NCBI GenBank assembly: GCA_051362555.1
Contig: CM120644.1
Span: 15,770,534 to 15,834,533, forward strand
Direction of reading: 5' to 3'
Length of the DNA: 64,000 nucleotides
Origin: Lingula anatina
Taxonomy: Eukaryota; Animalia; Brachiopoda
The translations under genes were made by a program, and so were the position numbers. The notes under the pieces were generated by a model that worked only from the letters and a program-made list of their open reading frames with translations, did not search any database and was not told the origin of the DNA. This document shows, piece after piece, positions 1 to 11,461 of the stretch; position 1 is the stretch's first letter; each line of letters opens with the position of its first letter.

Positions 1-1143
1 TAGTAAAAATTCTAATTCCAAGAGGGGAATACCAGTGATTTTTTCAGAAACCTAGTCTAGACTATTTTAGGAGGGAAATGAAGTCTTCCTGAATTCCAAG
101 TCCAAGTTCAACAAATAATGTTTGTAATAGTCTAACAAAGGGCGTCTTGCAATCCACGGTCTCACACAGTGCTTCCAATTTATTTTATTTTATTTTTTAC
201 TTCTTAGGTAGTCAAAGCCATTGATATAGCAGTCCAATCTATTTGAAAATAAGCCATTTTACCAGACTATTTTTTTTTTTTTGTCTTCTGAGAGGGGAAT
301 TTATGAGAAAGCAGCTACCGTCACAAGTTTGCAACATATATATTCTGTGCGACCTTGTCAACTGGCTGCTACCAGTTGACAAGCGATTGCTACAGTCCTG
401 CAACCGGTTTTCAATCACCAAGTGGTTGCTGATAGGTTTTTTTACTGGTGTGCGACTGGTAACTTATAGCTTGAAGACAGTCTATAAGAGATTGCAGATA
501 CCATACTGCAACCTTTTTGCAACCGGTTTGCGAGTGCTTGCCGATCAGAATTGTCCATAGCTTCTTTATAAGCTCGCAAAGTGATCACATGCGACTGCCA
601 GATTTTGTGGTTGCAAAATGGTTGCCAAAAGGTTGCAAGCGCAGTGTGACTCAGGCTTAAAGTATCTCCACCATTTTGGCTTCTGATGCTGAAGGTCCCA
701 GGAAACATGTCATCGCGAGAGTCTTACTTCTGATAATAAAGTATGAGGGATGGTGGATCGTAAGACGGCAAACATTGCGCGTTTCAAGTAGAAAAAGATT
801 TGACTCAAGAACGATGGTATCGATTCGCAACGACGAATCGTTGCGTTATTATTTTGTACAGCTTGTAAGTCCAGGGTTTTATCATTACGTGATCTATCAC
901 ACTGTTGGATTTATCAGAAAACCCATTCGTTCAGTGAGCGCTATACATCTACCTTGATGTCAGTTTTCCAGTAAATGTTCCCAGTTTTTCTTTCTGAAAT
1001 GCTCTGTTTCATTCTCAAAACATCCTGGTCATGGAGATAATGCTTATTTTATCCTGCTTTTGAAAATGTCCATCACCAATCCCCAAATCAACGCAACTCG
1101 CTTAAATTACTTCGATGCATTTCTTTTTTAAAAGTAAAAGTAC

Positions 1144-2509
1144 CTAGTCGACCAATGGTCCAAAAAATTCATTATATTTATTATCGGGATCGTCGGTCAA
1201 CCAGAACTCCATATGCGCCTCTGCATACTCTGCAAGGGATATAAAACCGTCCTTATCCGCGTCCATCACATTAAAGACGTCCTTCGAGTGCTCAACGGGG
1301 ACGTGGATACCGTAGAAGAAAGCGGCGTGTTCTTCCTTGGAAATCAAGCCATCGCCGTCGACGTCCATCCCATTGAAGGTGGTCGAGATGAGTTTTACTT
1401 GCAACTCCTGTCGGTAGTTGACCCAGTTGACGAACGATAAACTATGCTGCACGTATTCCTGTACTGAAATCTTGGCCGTTGTGTCGTCTTCTGAGTCTTT
1501 GACGAGTGATTTCCAGACTGCGAGGCGCTCGTTTAGAATACGTTCGGCTTTCTCATCTGAAAGAAGCGAGGAGCGTTATTTATGTAGGCCTGCATGTACA
1601 TGCACGGTTTACGTCGCTTGCTTACGAAGATCGTGATTTGAATTAATTTATCTCTGTTTTAGATGTCATTTATTTATTTATTTATTTGGTATCATAAACT
1701 TTTATGCACACCTTATTTATATGGTTGCTGAGAGAGATTGAGAGGGGGGGGGGCTTCTTCCGCTTCTAATTCGCTTTATATCCCTAATTCGTTGATTCAG
1801 CACATATAAAATAATCTGCGTAATAAACTAATGGATTTACATAATAATAATACGCAAGTATTAAATGAGTGGAATATAATTAAAACTGTATGATTTGTGC
1901 GAGGAAGTAAGATGATTAATTAATAAACCTTGAAAACGATGTTATTTATTCGAGCGTGTTTTTTAAGAAAATTACCATCAATGCTCAAATACTGGACGAA
2001 ACGGTGGACCCCGATCACCCAGTCTTCTCTAGTGATGTAGCCATCTGCGTTGGAATCTAAGCACTTGAATACGGTGCGGACTTTTCTTCTCCAGTGTTCC
2101 GAGCCAGTCACAAGTGGGTAGTCCGCCGGCATCTAGATAATTCAATGAACAACGATCCAGAATCATTATAAAGTAATTTATGACAAGCTGAATTGTGGTA
2201 CTTTGTGTATACTTATATTGACGCGTGCGGACATTTCCTTACAGTTGCTAGTCCAAAGAGTATTTACCCAACTGCACTGAATATTGACACTTTTGATCAT
2301 TTTCTGCCACACCTCCACATGAAATTAATGATAAAATGAATAAAACAAAATGAAACATTATTAAAAAAAACTGTTCATTTTTGTAAGAGATTCCTGTTCA
2401 TCCATGAATTACATTAAATTTTTTAAAATGCAGCATACCCCATCTCTCCTTTACTTTAACTTACTTTTTTAAAACGCAGTGGTTGGGTTGTCAAGCCTCG
2501 GGCAGCCAT
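1144..2509 (-). CDS. EF-hand Ca-binding protein, SCP / luciferin-binding / aequorin family, paralog A copy 1 (204 aa, 3 exons)
   Basis: Exons are 2509-2465 (MAARGLTTQPLRFKK, donor GTAAGT, phase 0), 2132-1976 (acceptor TTATCTAG, MPADYPLVTGSEHWRRKVRTVFKCLDSNADGYITRED..., donor GTAAT, phase 1) and 1556-1144 (acceptor TTTCAG, ending ...NEFFGPLVD*). Canonical loops are EF1 DSNADGYITRED, EF3 DVDGDGLISKEE and EF4 DADKDGFISLAE; EF2 is degenerate. This I/III/IV pattern, the W..K.RT.F start and the GPLV end match the SCP family. Confidence 0.92.
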
Positions 2510-2869
2510 GTTTAACATCGCAAGGTGTTAGGAATATCTGTCGCGGTTATAGCCCCAACGTAATGTAATATGATGTCTATTCAGTGCCATTAAAATATAT
2601 GATCCACCCATGGCTTATTATGACTTACCGTAACTTATACACATGATAATACGGTCAATGCGTTTTTTTTACATTAAAACAGAGATGATGCGATTGTGCG
2701 TTTTCTTTTGAATAAAAAGTGGAAGAAAATAGGTTATGTTCATCTGTATATAAATTATGATAGCTTAAAGCACGAGCATGCACAGCCATTGAGATAAAGG
2801 CGCTGTCACAACTGTCGCAATCAGTGAAATGTAGTAAGAAGACCTATCATATCTTGACTCTTCACGTAG

Positions 2870-3170
2870 ACTTTGCACATTTAGACAATTTGCCTTGTCA
2901 AATCTTAAATACTGCCCACTTGTGTGGGAATTTGTGTGGAAATCGATACCAAAAATTAGGAAAAATCCAGGAAAGGGACCTTCGTTTTGTTCACAATGAC
3001 TACGCCGGTTCTTACCATGATCTTCTAAATTCTGTGCACATGAGTAGGGTTAGGATACTAGCTACAGAAATATAAAAAAGTTGCAAAAGGCTTTGCACCT
3101 GCAGTATCGGAACTCTTTCAGAGAAGAGAAACAAACTACCAGTATGATCTTAAATATATCAAACGTGATA
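2870..3170 (+). mobile_element. CR1/L2-type LINE reverse-transcriptase C-terminal remnant (also about 9860-10160)
   Basis: Frameshifted SNLKYCPLVW...KLGKIQERDLRFVHNDYAGSYHDLL...RILATEI, matching the YCPLVW / KLEKIQERALRFV tail of CR1-clade ORF2. Confidence 0.75.
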
Positions 3171-3505
3171 CACTGTGTGTGGTTTTCATTGTGAAGTTGT
3201 AGTCTTGATAAACCAACGAGATGTTTTATTCGTGTTTTTGGTTCATATTTATGCCAACTTTCATTAGCATGCTTTCAATATTCTAAATGGTAAATGGATG
3301 AACTGACATCTGCTATTTCACGGAAACTACTCGTAGTCTGAAAAAAGGTGCACGAATGTATCCAAAAAAAAAAAAAAAAAAAACTGTGTAACGGCTGACC
3401 TAGGTTCACTTTTGCATCATGGCACTTGCACTGGCTCATTATCGAAACGTTGACACTTCCTCTGGGAAAAAGTCGCCAATGTCCAAAGCGTATTCAATTT
3501 CTCCA

Positions 3506-3544
<39 letters not shown>

Positions 3545-4472
3545 AACATATACGCATCTAAGTTGTTACCAACTAAAATGTGGTAATGTTCCGTTTTGAA
3601 TCTGGTATAACGTAACAGAGAGTCCTCCATGACAGAGAGTTCGTTTCCCATTCATTTTTGTACAGGTAAGCCGAGCTGCCCTGGATTTTGAACATTCAAG
3701 TAAGGCTAACCCTAACCATTATAACTAAATGGCGCGCGGACTCTCTGTTACACAGACCCTCACTCATTTCCGTAACACCGTTTTTTTTTTCGCGAGAGAA
3801 CGGAGTGCTCTGTGTATTTCCACGGGTCACCACCTGTGACTTTGGCCTGTCACACGACCCTTTGCCCTCCTCTTGACACACAGCAGACAATAGACCACCA
3901 CGCGATCCATTTCCAGTTTTTCTTCCATGGTCACACCTAGCTTAAAAGAGGTACGTATGAGTCTAGCATATGAAATTAACGGACAACTCTGAGCGTTTGA
4001 AATCACTCTTCTCAGGCGTATGATCAAGAACGAATGAGCAGCGTAGAAACAGCGTATTGATACCGTGTTTACACCACACAACTTCCTCTTGAATATCGTA
4101 AGAGTAGCCTATACAATGTAGGGGTAGGTCCTATGTCAAGGTTTGTCAAGGTATGTTCACTATCTAAAGCATGGGTCCCAACATACCTTCTACGTCTGGT
4201 CTACGGCCGAAAAGTTGGAGAAAACGTGGGATTTCGTGCGTATTATGAACGCACAATATGATTACCAAATGAATACCGTATTTCCTTGAGGTCAGAGTGT
4301 CTGCCTCCGACGCGGGATGACGTTTTTGGTGAGAAAATTATTTATTTGGAAGTTGAGGAATAGAGAATATGAACCAGATTTATACAAATAATTTAAAACA
4401 AGCATTTCGCTCAGAAGAAAATATAATTCTCTGACGCTTAATTGTTGACAAAGATATGCGCGTCAGTAAATA

Positions 4473-5749
4473 CAGACTTGACATTTAATATGGAATATTT
4501 TTTCCAAAACATAATTCATCAGTTTTTTTCCTATTTTGCTAACTGATAAATGAAAATAAGGATTAAAATCGTGTTTTAATAACTTTTGATAATCTCTTCG
4601 ATGTCATTGTGACATCAGTTCATTAATTGTATTTGTCAGTGAAGCAAACAAAAATACATTGCCTATTTTAGGCCATACGACAACCATTGAAAGCTAGCGA
4701 TATTTTGGATCGCCATATTTTCCTAATTATTGTCTTTAAAAGAGTTACACGCCCCACAAAGGCCCCCATGTCAGTGTCTAGTCACAGCAACAGTCGCTGT
4801 TACGCTTGACCTCATTTTGCTGCTACCAGAGCTTTCAAGCCGCAAGGCATTTCTTATGATAGGCTTTTTAGAGTTTAATCTGGAATAAAATTTCAGAATA
4901 CGGTTAAAACTTGTCCAATTTGGCTCTGTTTTGATGTAGGACATGCAAGCCGTTGATTCGTCGAGTAATGACCTACCCACATATTGTCTATGTGGTTCAA
5001 ATATGGCGATTTTGATGACCAAGGTAGCTACTCATTCCCTTGGTTCTGTAAGTTATCTGCTATTAAAAGTGCTCTGTTTGAACCGGCAACCTCAACCTGC
5101 AACCTAAAATTGTTCCTAAGGTGCCCCCTATCAAATAATAGTCAAGTGGTTCCCAGATTATTCCTTTATTTGATCTGGTTCAGGATTTCATCGATGACTA
5201 CCATTGGTGTTTTGGCACCAATGTGGTATCCACTCCAAATACCGACACTGTCAATGACCCTAGTCACTTAAGAAGTGGCACACGCTTCGTCGTAGGCCTC
5301 TTCAGGATGTCTGTAAACTCTGTTTTGACCAGTTTAGCGGTAAAGGTTAAATCTGACCTCAATAAAGAAAGCCACGCGGTTTCATTGTTTTACCCAAAAA
5401 CTGTCATGGCCCCCCAATTCATGAGAGAAATAGACTAGGCTACTTTGCTGTTTACGGTGGCTTCCTCAGAGGACGTCTGGAATCCTAACCTGCTGATATC
5501 AGTTTGGTGTTCGCTAAGGGCCTTGAAAAACACGTTTTGGTGACAATTTGTCCCTCATTCAAAACGGACTGGGTGGTTTTGGTTCAATTGCAGCAGTAAA
5601 TCCTGAAGGACAGTGAGTTCTATACCTTGGTTGTAAGACGTCGATGCATTGGGCTTGGTCTCTGCGTAGTGTCTCAAACCGGGCATAACTCTATAAAACT
5701 GTGTAGACCGTTCCGTTTGACACAATAATCTGTCTGGCAATGTCTGTGT
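4473..5749 (-). mobile_element. Truncated copy of the same Tc1 element, cut by the duplication junction
   Basis: Identical to 11462-12738 with only one TIR. Confidence 0.9.
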
Positions 5750-5932
5750 CCTTATCGTAGCCAGTCCAGAGTGTATTTACCCAACTGCATTGGATATTGA
5801 CACTTTTGATCATTTTCCTCCACACAAAAAATTAAAGATAAAAAACCTTCTCCATTTTTGTAAGAGATATACATTCATGCATTATGTTTAGTTTTGTAAA
5901 ATGCAGCATGCCCCACCTCTCATTTAACTTAC

Positions 5933-6169
5933 TTTTTTAAAACTCAGTGGTTGGGTTGTCAAGCCTCGGGCAGGTCTACGCGATGTGGGGAAACCTGCAA
6001 TCAAACATGGTCGAAAAGTAATCCGAGGTCTCCAGGATGTCTTAATCCTTATTAATCCCCGCCTTGGTTGGATAATTCTTGCTAATCCCCGGCTTGAATG
6101 TATATAAACCGGTATGTACTTAGCTAATCCTCGAGTACATGTACCAGCAACTTTCAATGGCGCAGCCAT
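5933..6169 (-). CDS. Orphan first exon (79 codons, presequence-like) of a further EF-hand paralog X; possible alternative first exon for gene A copy 1
   Basis: MAAPLKVAGTCTRGLAKY...RPARGLTTQPLSFKK followed by donor GTAAGT at 5932, phase 0. Its flanks (5750-6860) are homologous to intron 1 and the upstream region of gene A (about 2236-3170). Its own exons 2-3 are absent because intron 1 is cut at 5749/5750. Confidence 0.8.
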
Positions 6170-6549
6170 GTTTAATACCGGAAGGTGGTAGGAATATCTG
6201 TCGTGGTTATAACGCTCAACATAATGTAATGTAATGTCTACTCAGTGCAGCTAAAAATGCGTTCCACCTATGACCTACGATGAAAAGGTAGGACCTCTCC
6301 ATTACTTATACACATGACAATACTGTCAATGCGTTATTTTTTACTCTCAAAAAAGAGATAATGCGATCGTGCGTTTACTTTTGAATAAAGAGTGTAAAAA
6401 AAGTAGGTTATGTTCACCTGTGTATAAGTTATGACAGCTTAAAGCACCAGCATGCACAGCCATTGAGATAAAGGCGCCGTCACAACTGTCGCAATAAATT
6501 TAATGTATTAAGAATACTCATCATATCTGGGCTTTTCAAGCAAATTTTG

Positions 6550-6858
6550 CATATTCATACAATTTACCTTGTCAAATTTTAAATACTGCCCACTTGTGTG
6601 GGAATTTGTGTAGAAATCGATACCAAAAATTAGGAGAAATCCAGGAAAGGGACCTTCGGTTTGTATACAATGCCTACTAGTACGCCAGTCCTTACCATGA
6701 CCTTCTAAATTTGACAGGCTAAAGTATTTTACAGATTCGTAGGCTTAGGGTACTAGTTACAGAAATATATAAAGTTGCAAAATGCTTTGCACCTGCAGTA
6801 TCGGAACTCTTTCAGAGAAGAGAATCAAACTACGATCTTAAATAAATCAAACGTGATA
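6550..6858 (+). mobile_element. Paralogous CR1/L2-type LINE remnant upstream of orphan exon X
   Basis: Aligns with 2870-3170 (SNFKYCPLVW...EIQERDLRFVYN...IRRLRVLVTEIYK), so the insertion predates the A/X gene duplication. Confidence 0.75.
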
Positions 6859-8131
6859 CAGGGGCGGATCCAGGATTTTTTGGAGGGTGGTCAGACTTTT
6901 CAGGACTGACAGGCCTCGGATGCGAACCCTTGGAGTGTTTTGGAGGGCAAACAGTGTCATTTCTAACGGTTAAGATCTATTAATCAATTAGTAAAAATTC
7001 TAATTCCAAGAGGGGAATACCAGTGATTTTTTCAGAAACCTAGTCTAGACTATTTTAGGAGGGAAATGAAGTCTTCCTGAATTCCAAGTCCAAGTTCAAC
7101 AAATAATGTTTGTAATAGTCTAACAAAGGGCGTCTTGCAATCCACGGTCTCACACAGTGCTTCCAATTTATTTTATTTTATTTTTTACTTCTTAGGTAGT
7201 CAAAGCCATTGATATAGCAGTCCAATCTATTTGAAAATAAGCCATTTTACCAGACTATTTTTTTTTTTTTGTCTTCTGAGAGGGGAATTTATGAGAAAGC
7301 AGCTACCGTCACAAGTTTGCAACATATATATTCTGTGCGACCTTGTCAACTGGCTGCTACCAGTTGACAAGCGATTGCTACAGTCCTGCAACCGGTTTTC
7401 AATCACCAAGTGGTTGCTGATAGGTTTTTTTACTGGTGTGCGACTGGTAACTTATAGCTTGAAGACAGTCTATAAGAGATTGCAGATACCATACTGCAAC
7501 CTTTTTGCAACCGGTTTGCGAGTGCTTGCCGATCAGAATTGTCCATAGCTTCTTTATAAGCTCGCAAAGTGATCACATGCGACTGCCAGATTTTGTGGTT
7601 GCAAAATGGTTGCCAAAAGGTTGCAAGCGCAGTGTGACTCAGGCTTAAAGTATCTCCACCATTTTGGCTTCTGATGCTGAAGGTCCCAGGAAACATGTCA
7701 TCGCGAGAGTCTTACTTCTGATAATAAAGTATGAGGGATGGTGGATCGTAAGACGGCAAACATTGCGCGTTTCAAGTAGAAAAAGATTTGACTCAAGAAC
7801 GATGGTATCGATTCGCAACGACGAATCGTTGCGTTATTATTTTGTACAGCTTGTAAGTCCAGGGTTTTATCATTACGTGATCTATCACACTGTTGGATTT
7901 ATCAGAAAACCCATTCGTTCAGTGAGCGCTATACATCTACCTTGATGTCAGTTTTCCAGTAAATGTTCCCAGTTTTTCTTTCTGAAATGCTCTGTTTCAT
8001 TCTCAAAACATCCTGGTCATGGAGATAATGCTTATTTTATCCTGCTTTTGAAAATGTCCATCACCAATCCCCAAATCAACGCAACTCGCTTAAATTACTT
8101 CGATGCATTTCTTTTTTAAAAGTAAAAGTAC

Positions 8132-9498
8132 CTAGTCGACCAATGGTCCAAAAAATTCATTATATTTATTATCGGGATCGTCGGTCAACCAGAACTCCAT
8201 ATGCGCCTCTGCATACTCTGCAAGGGATATAAAACCGTCCTTATCCGCGTCCATCACATTAAAGACGTCCTTCGAGTGCTCAACGGGGACGTGGATACCG
8301 TAGAAGAAAGCGGCGTGTTCTTCCTTGGAAATCAAGCCATCGCCGTCGACGTCCATCCCATTGAAGGTGGTCGAGATGAGTTTTACTTGCAACTCCTGTC
8401 GGTAGTTGACCCAGTTGACGAACGATAAACTATGCTGCACGTATTCCTGTACTGAAATCTTGGCCGTTGTGTCGTCTTCTGAGTCTTTGACGAGTGATTT
8501 CCAGACTGCGAGGCGCTCGTTTAGAATACGTTCGGCTTTCTCATCTGAAAGAAGCGAGGAGCGTTATTTATGTAGGCCTGCATGTACATGCACGGTTTAC
8601 GTCGCTTGCTTACGAAGATCGTGATTTGAATTAATTTATCTCTGTTTTAGATGTCATTTATTTATTTATTTATTTGGTATCATAAACTTTTATGCACACC
8701 TTATTTATATGGTTGCTGAGAGAGATTGAGAGGGGGGGGGGGCTTCTTCCGCTTCTAATTCGCTTTATATCCCTAATTCGTTGATTCAGCACATATAAAA
8801 TAATCTGCGTAATAAACTAATGGATTTACATAATAATAATACGCAAGTATTAAATGAGTGGAATATAATTAAAACTGTATGATTTGTGCGAGGAAGTAAG
8901 ATGATTAATTAATAAACCTTGAAAACGATGTTATTTATTCGAGCGTGTTTTTTAAGAAAATTACCATCAATGCTCAAATACTGGACGAAACGGTGGACCC
9001 CGATCACCCAGTCTTCTCTAGTGATGTAGCCATCTGCGTTGGAATCTAAGCACTTGAATACGGTGCGGACTTTTCTTCTCCAGTGTTCCGAGCCAGTCAC
9101 AAGTGGGTAGTCCGCCGGCATCTAGATAATTCAATGAACAACGATCCAGAATCATTATAAAGTAATTTATGACAAGCTGAATTGTGGTACTTTGTGTATA
9201 CTTATATTGACGCGTGCGGACATTTCCTTACAGTTGCTAGTCCAAAGAGTATTTACCCAACTGCACTGAATATTGACACTTTTGATCATTTTCTGCCACA
9301 CCTCCACATGAAATTAATGATAAAATGAATAAAACAAAATGAAACATTATTAAAAAAAACTGTTCATTTTTGTAAGAGATTCCTGTTCATCCATGAATTA
9401 CATTAAATTTTTTAAAATGCAGCATACCCCATCTCTCCTTTACTTTAACTTACTTTTTTAAAACGCAGTGGTTGGGTTGTCAAGCCTCGGGCAGCCAT
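8132..9498 (-). CDS. EF-hand Ca-binding protein, paralog A copy 2 (same protein as copy 1)
   Basis: Exons are 9498-9454, 9121-8965 and 8544-8132, with the same splice sites and translation as 1144-2509 at an offset of 6988/6989. Confidence 0.92.
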
Positions 9499-10494
9499 GT
9501 TTAACATCGCAAGGTGTTAGGAATATCTGTCGCGGTTATAGCCCCAACGTAATGTAATATGATGTCTATTCAGTGCCATTAAAATATATGATCCACCCAT
9601 GGCTTATTATGACTTACCGTAACTTATACACATGATAATACGGTCAATGCGTTTTTTTTACATTAAAACAGAGATGATGCGATTGTGCGTTTTCTTTTGA
9701 ATAAAAAGTGGAAGAAAATAGGTTATGTTCATCTGTATATAAATTATGATAGCTTAAAGCACGAGCATGCACAGCCATTGAGATAAAGGCGCTGTCACAA
9801 CTGTCGCAATCAGTTAAATGTAGTAAGAAGACCTATCATATCTTGACTCTTCACGTAGACTTTGCACATTTAGACAATTTGCCTTGTCAAATCTTAAATA
9901 CTGCCCACTTGTGTGGGAATTTGTGTGGAAATCGATACCAAAAATTAGGAAAAATCCAGGAAAGGGACCTTCGTTTTGTTCACAATGACTACGCCGGTTC
10001 TTACCATGATCTTCTAAATTCTGTGCACATGAGTAGGGTTAGGATACTAGCTACAGAAATATAAAAAAGTTGCAAAAGGCTTTGCACCTGCAGTATCGGA
10101 ACTCTTTCAGAGAAGAGAAACAAACTACCAGTATGATCTTAAATATATCAAACGTGATACACTGTGTGTGGTTTTCATTGTGAAGTTGTAGTCTTGATAA
10201 ACCAACGAGATGTTTTATTCGTGTTTTTGGTTCATATTTATGCCAACTTTCATTAGCATGCTTTCAATATTCTAAATGGTAAATGGATGAACTGACATCT
10301 GCTATTTCACGGAAACTACTCGTAGTCTGAAAAAAGGTGCACGAATGTATCCAAAAAAAAAAAAAAAAAAAACTGTGTAACGGCTGACCTAGGTTCACTT
10401 TTGCATCATGGCACTTGCACTGGCTCATTATCGAAACGTTGACACTTCCTCTGGGAAAAAGTCGCCAATGTCCAAAGCGTATTCAATTTCTCCA

Positions 10495-10533
<39 letters not shown>

Positions 10534-11461
10534 AACATATACGCATCTAAGTTGTTACCAACTAAAATGTGGTAATGTTCCGTTTTGAATCTGGTATAAC
10601 GTAACAGAGAGTCCTCCATGACAGAGAGTTCGTTTCCCATTCATTTTTGTACAGGTAAGCCGAGCTGCCCTGGATTTTGAACATTCAAGTAAGGCTAACC
10701 CTAACCATTATAACTAAATGGCGCGCGGACTCTCTGTTACACAGACCCTCACTCATTTCCGTAACACCGTTTTTTTTTTCGCGAGAGAACGGAGTGCTCT
10801 GTGTATTTCCACGGGTCACCACCTGTGACTTTGGCCTGTCACACGACCCTTTGCCCTCCTCTTGACACACAGCAGACAATAGACCACCACGCGATCCATT
10901 TCCAGTTTTTCTTCCATGGTCACACCTAGCTTAAAAGAGGTACGTATGAGTCTAGCATATGAAATTAACGGACAACTCTGAGCGTTTGAAATCACTCTTC
11001 TCAGGCGTATGATCAAGAACGAATGAGCAGCGTAGAAACAGCGTATTGATACCGTGTTTACACCACACAACTTCCTCTTGAATATCGTAAGAGTAGCCTA
11101 TACAATGTAGGGGTAGGTCCTATGTCAAGGTTTGTCAAGGTATGTTCACTATCTAAAGCATGGGTCCCAACATACCTTCTACGTCTGGTCTACGGCCGAA
11201 AAGTTGGAGAAAACGTGGGATTTCGTGCGTATTATGAACGCACAATATGATTACCAAATGAATACCGTATTTCCTTGAGGTCAGAGTGTCTGCCTCCGAC
11301 GCGGGATGACGTTTTTGGTGAGAAAATTATTTATTTGGAAGTTGAGGAATAGAGAATATGAACCAGATTTATACAAATAATTTAAAACAAGCATTTCGCT
11401 CAGAAGAAAATATAATTCTCTGACGCTTAATTGTTGACAAAGATATGCGCGTCAGTAAATA

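Noticed and set aside
239-708. Overlapping ORFs conserved in both duplicate copies
   Set aside because: The conservation only reflects the recent duplication; the region is a TTGCAA-rich repeat with weak inverted ends, probably an old non-autonomous element.
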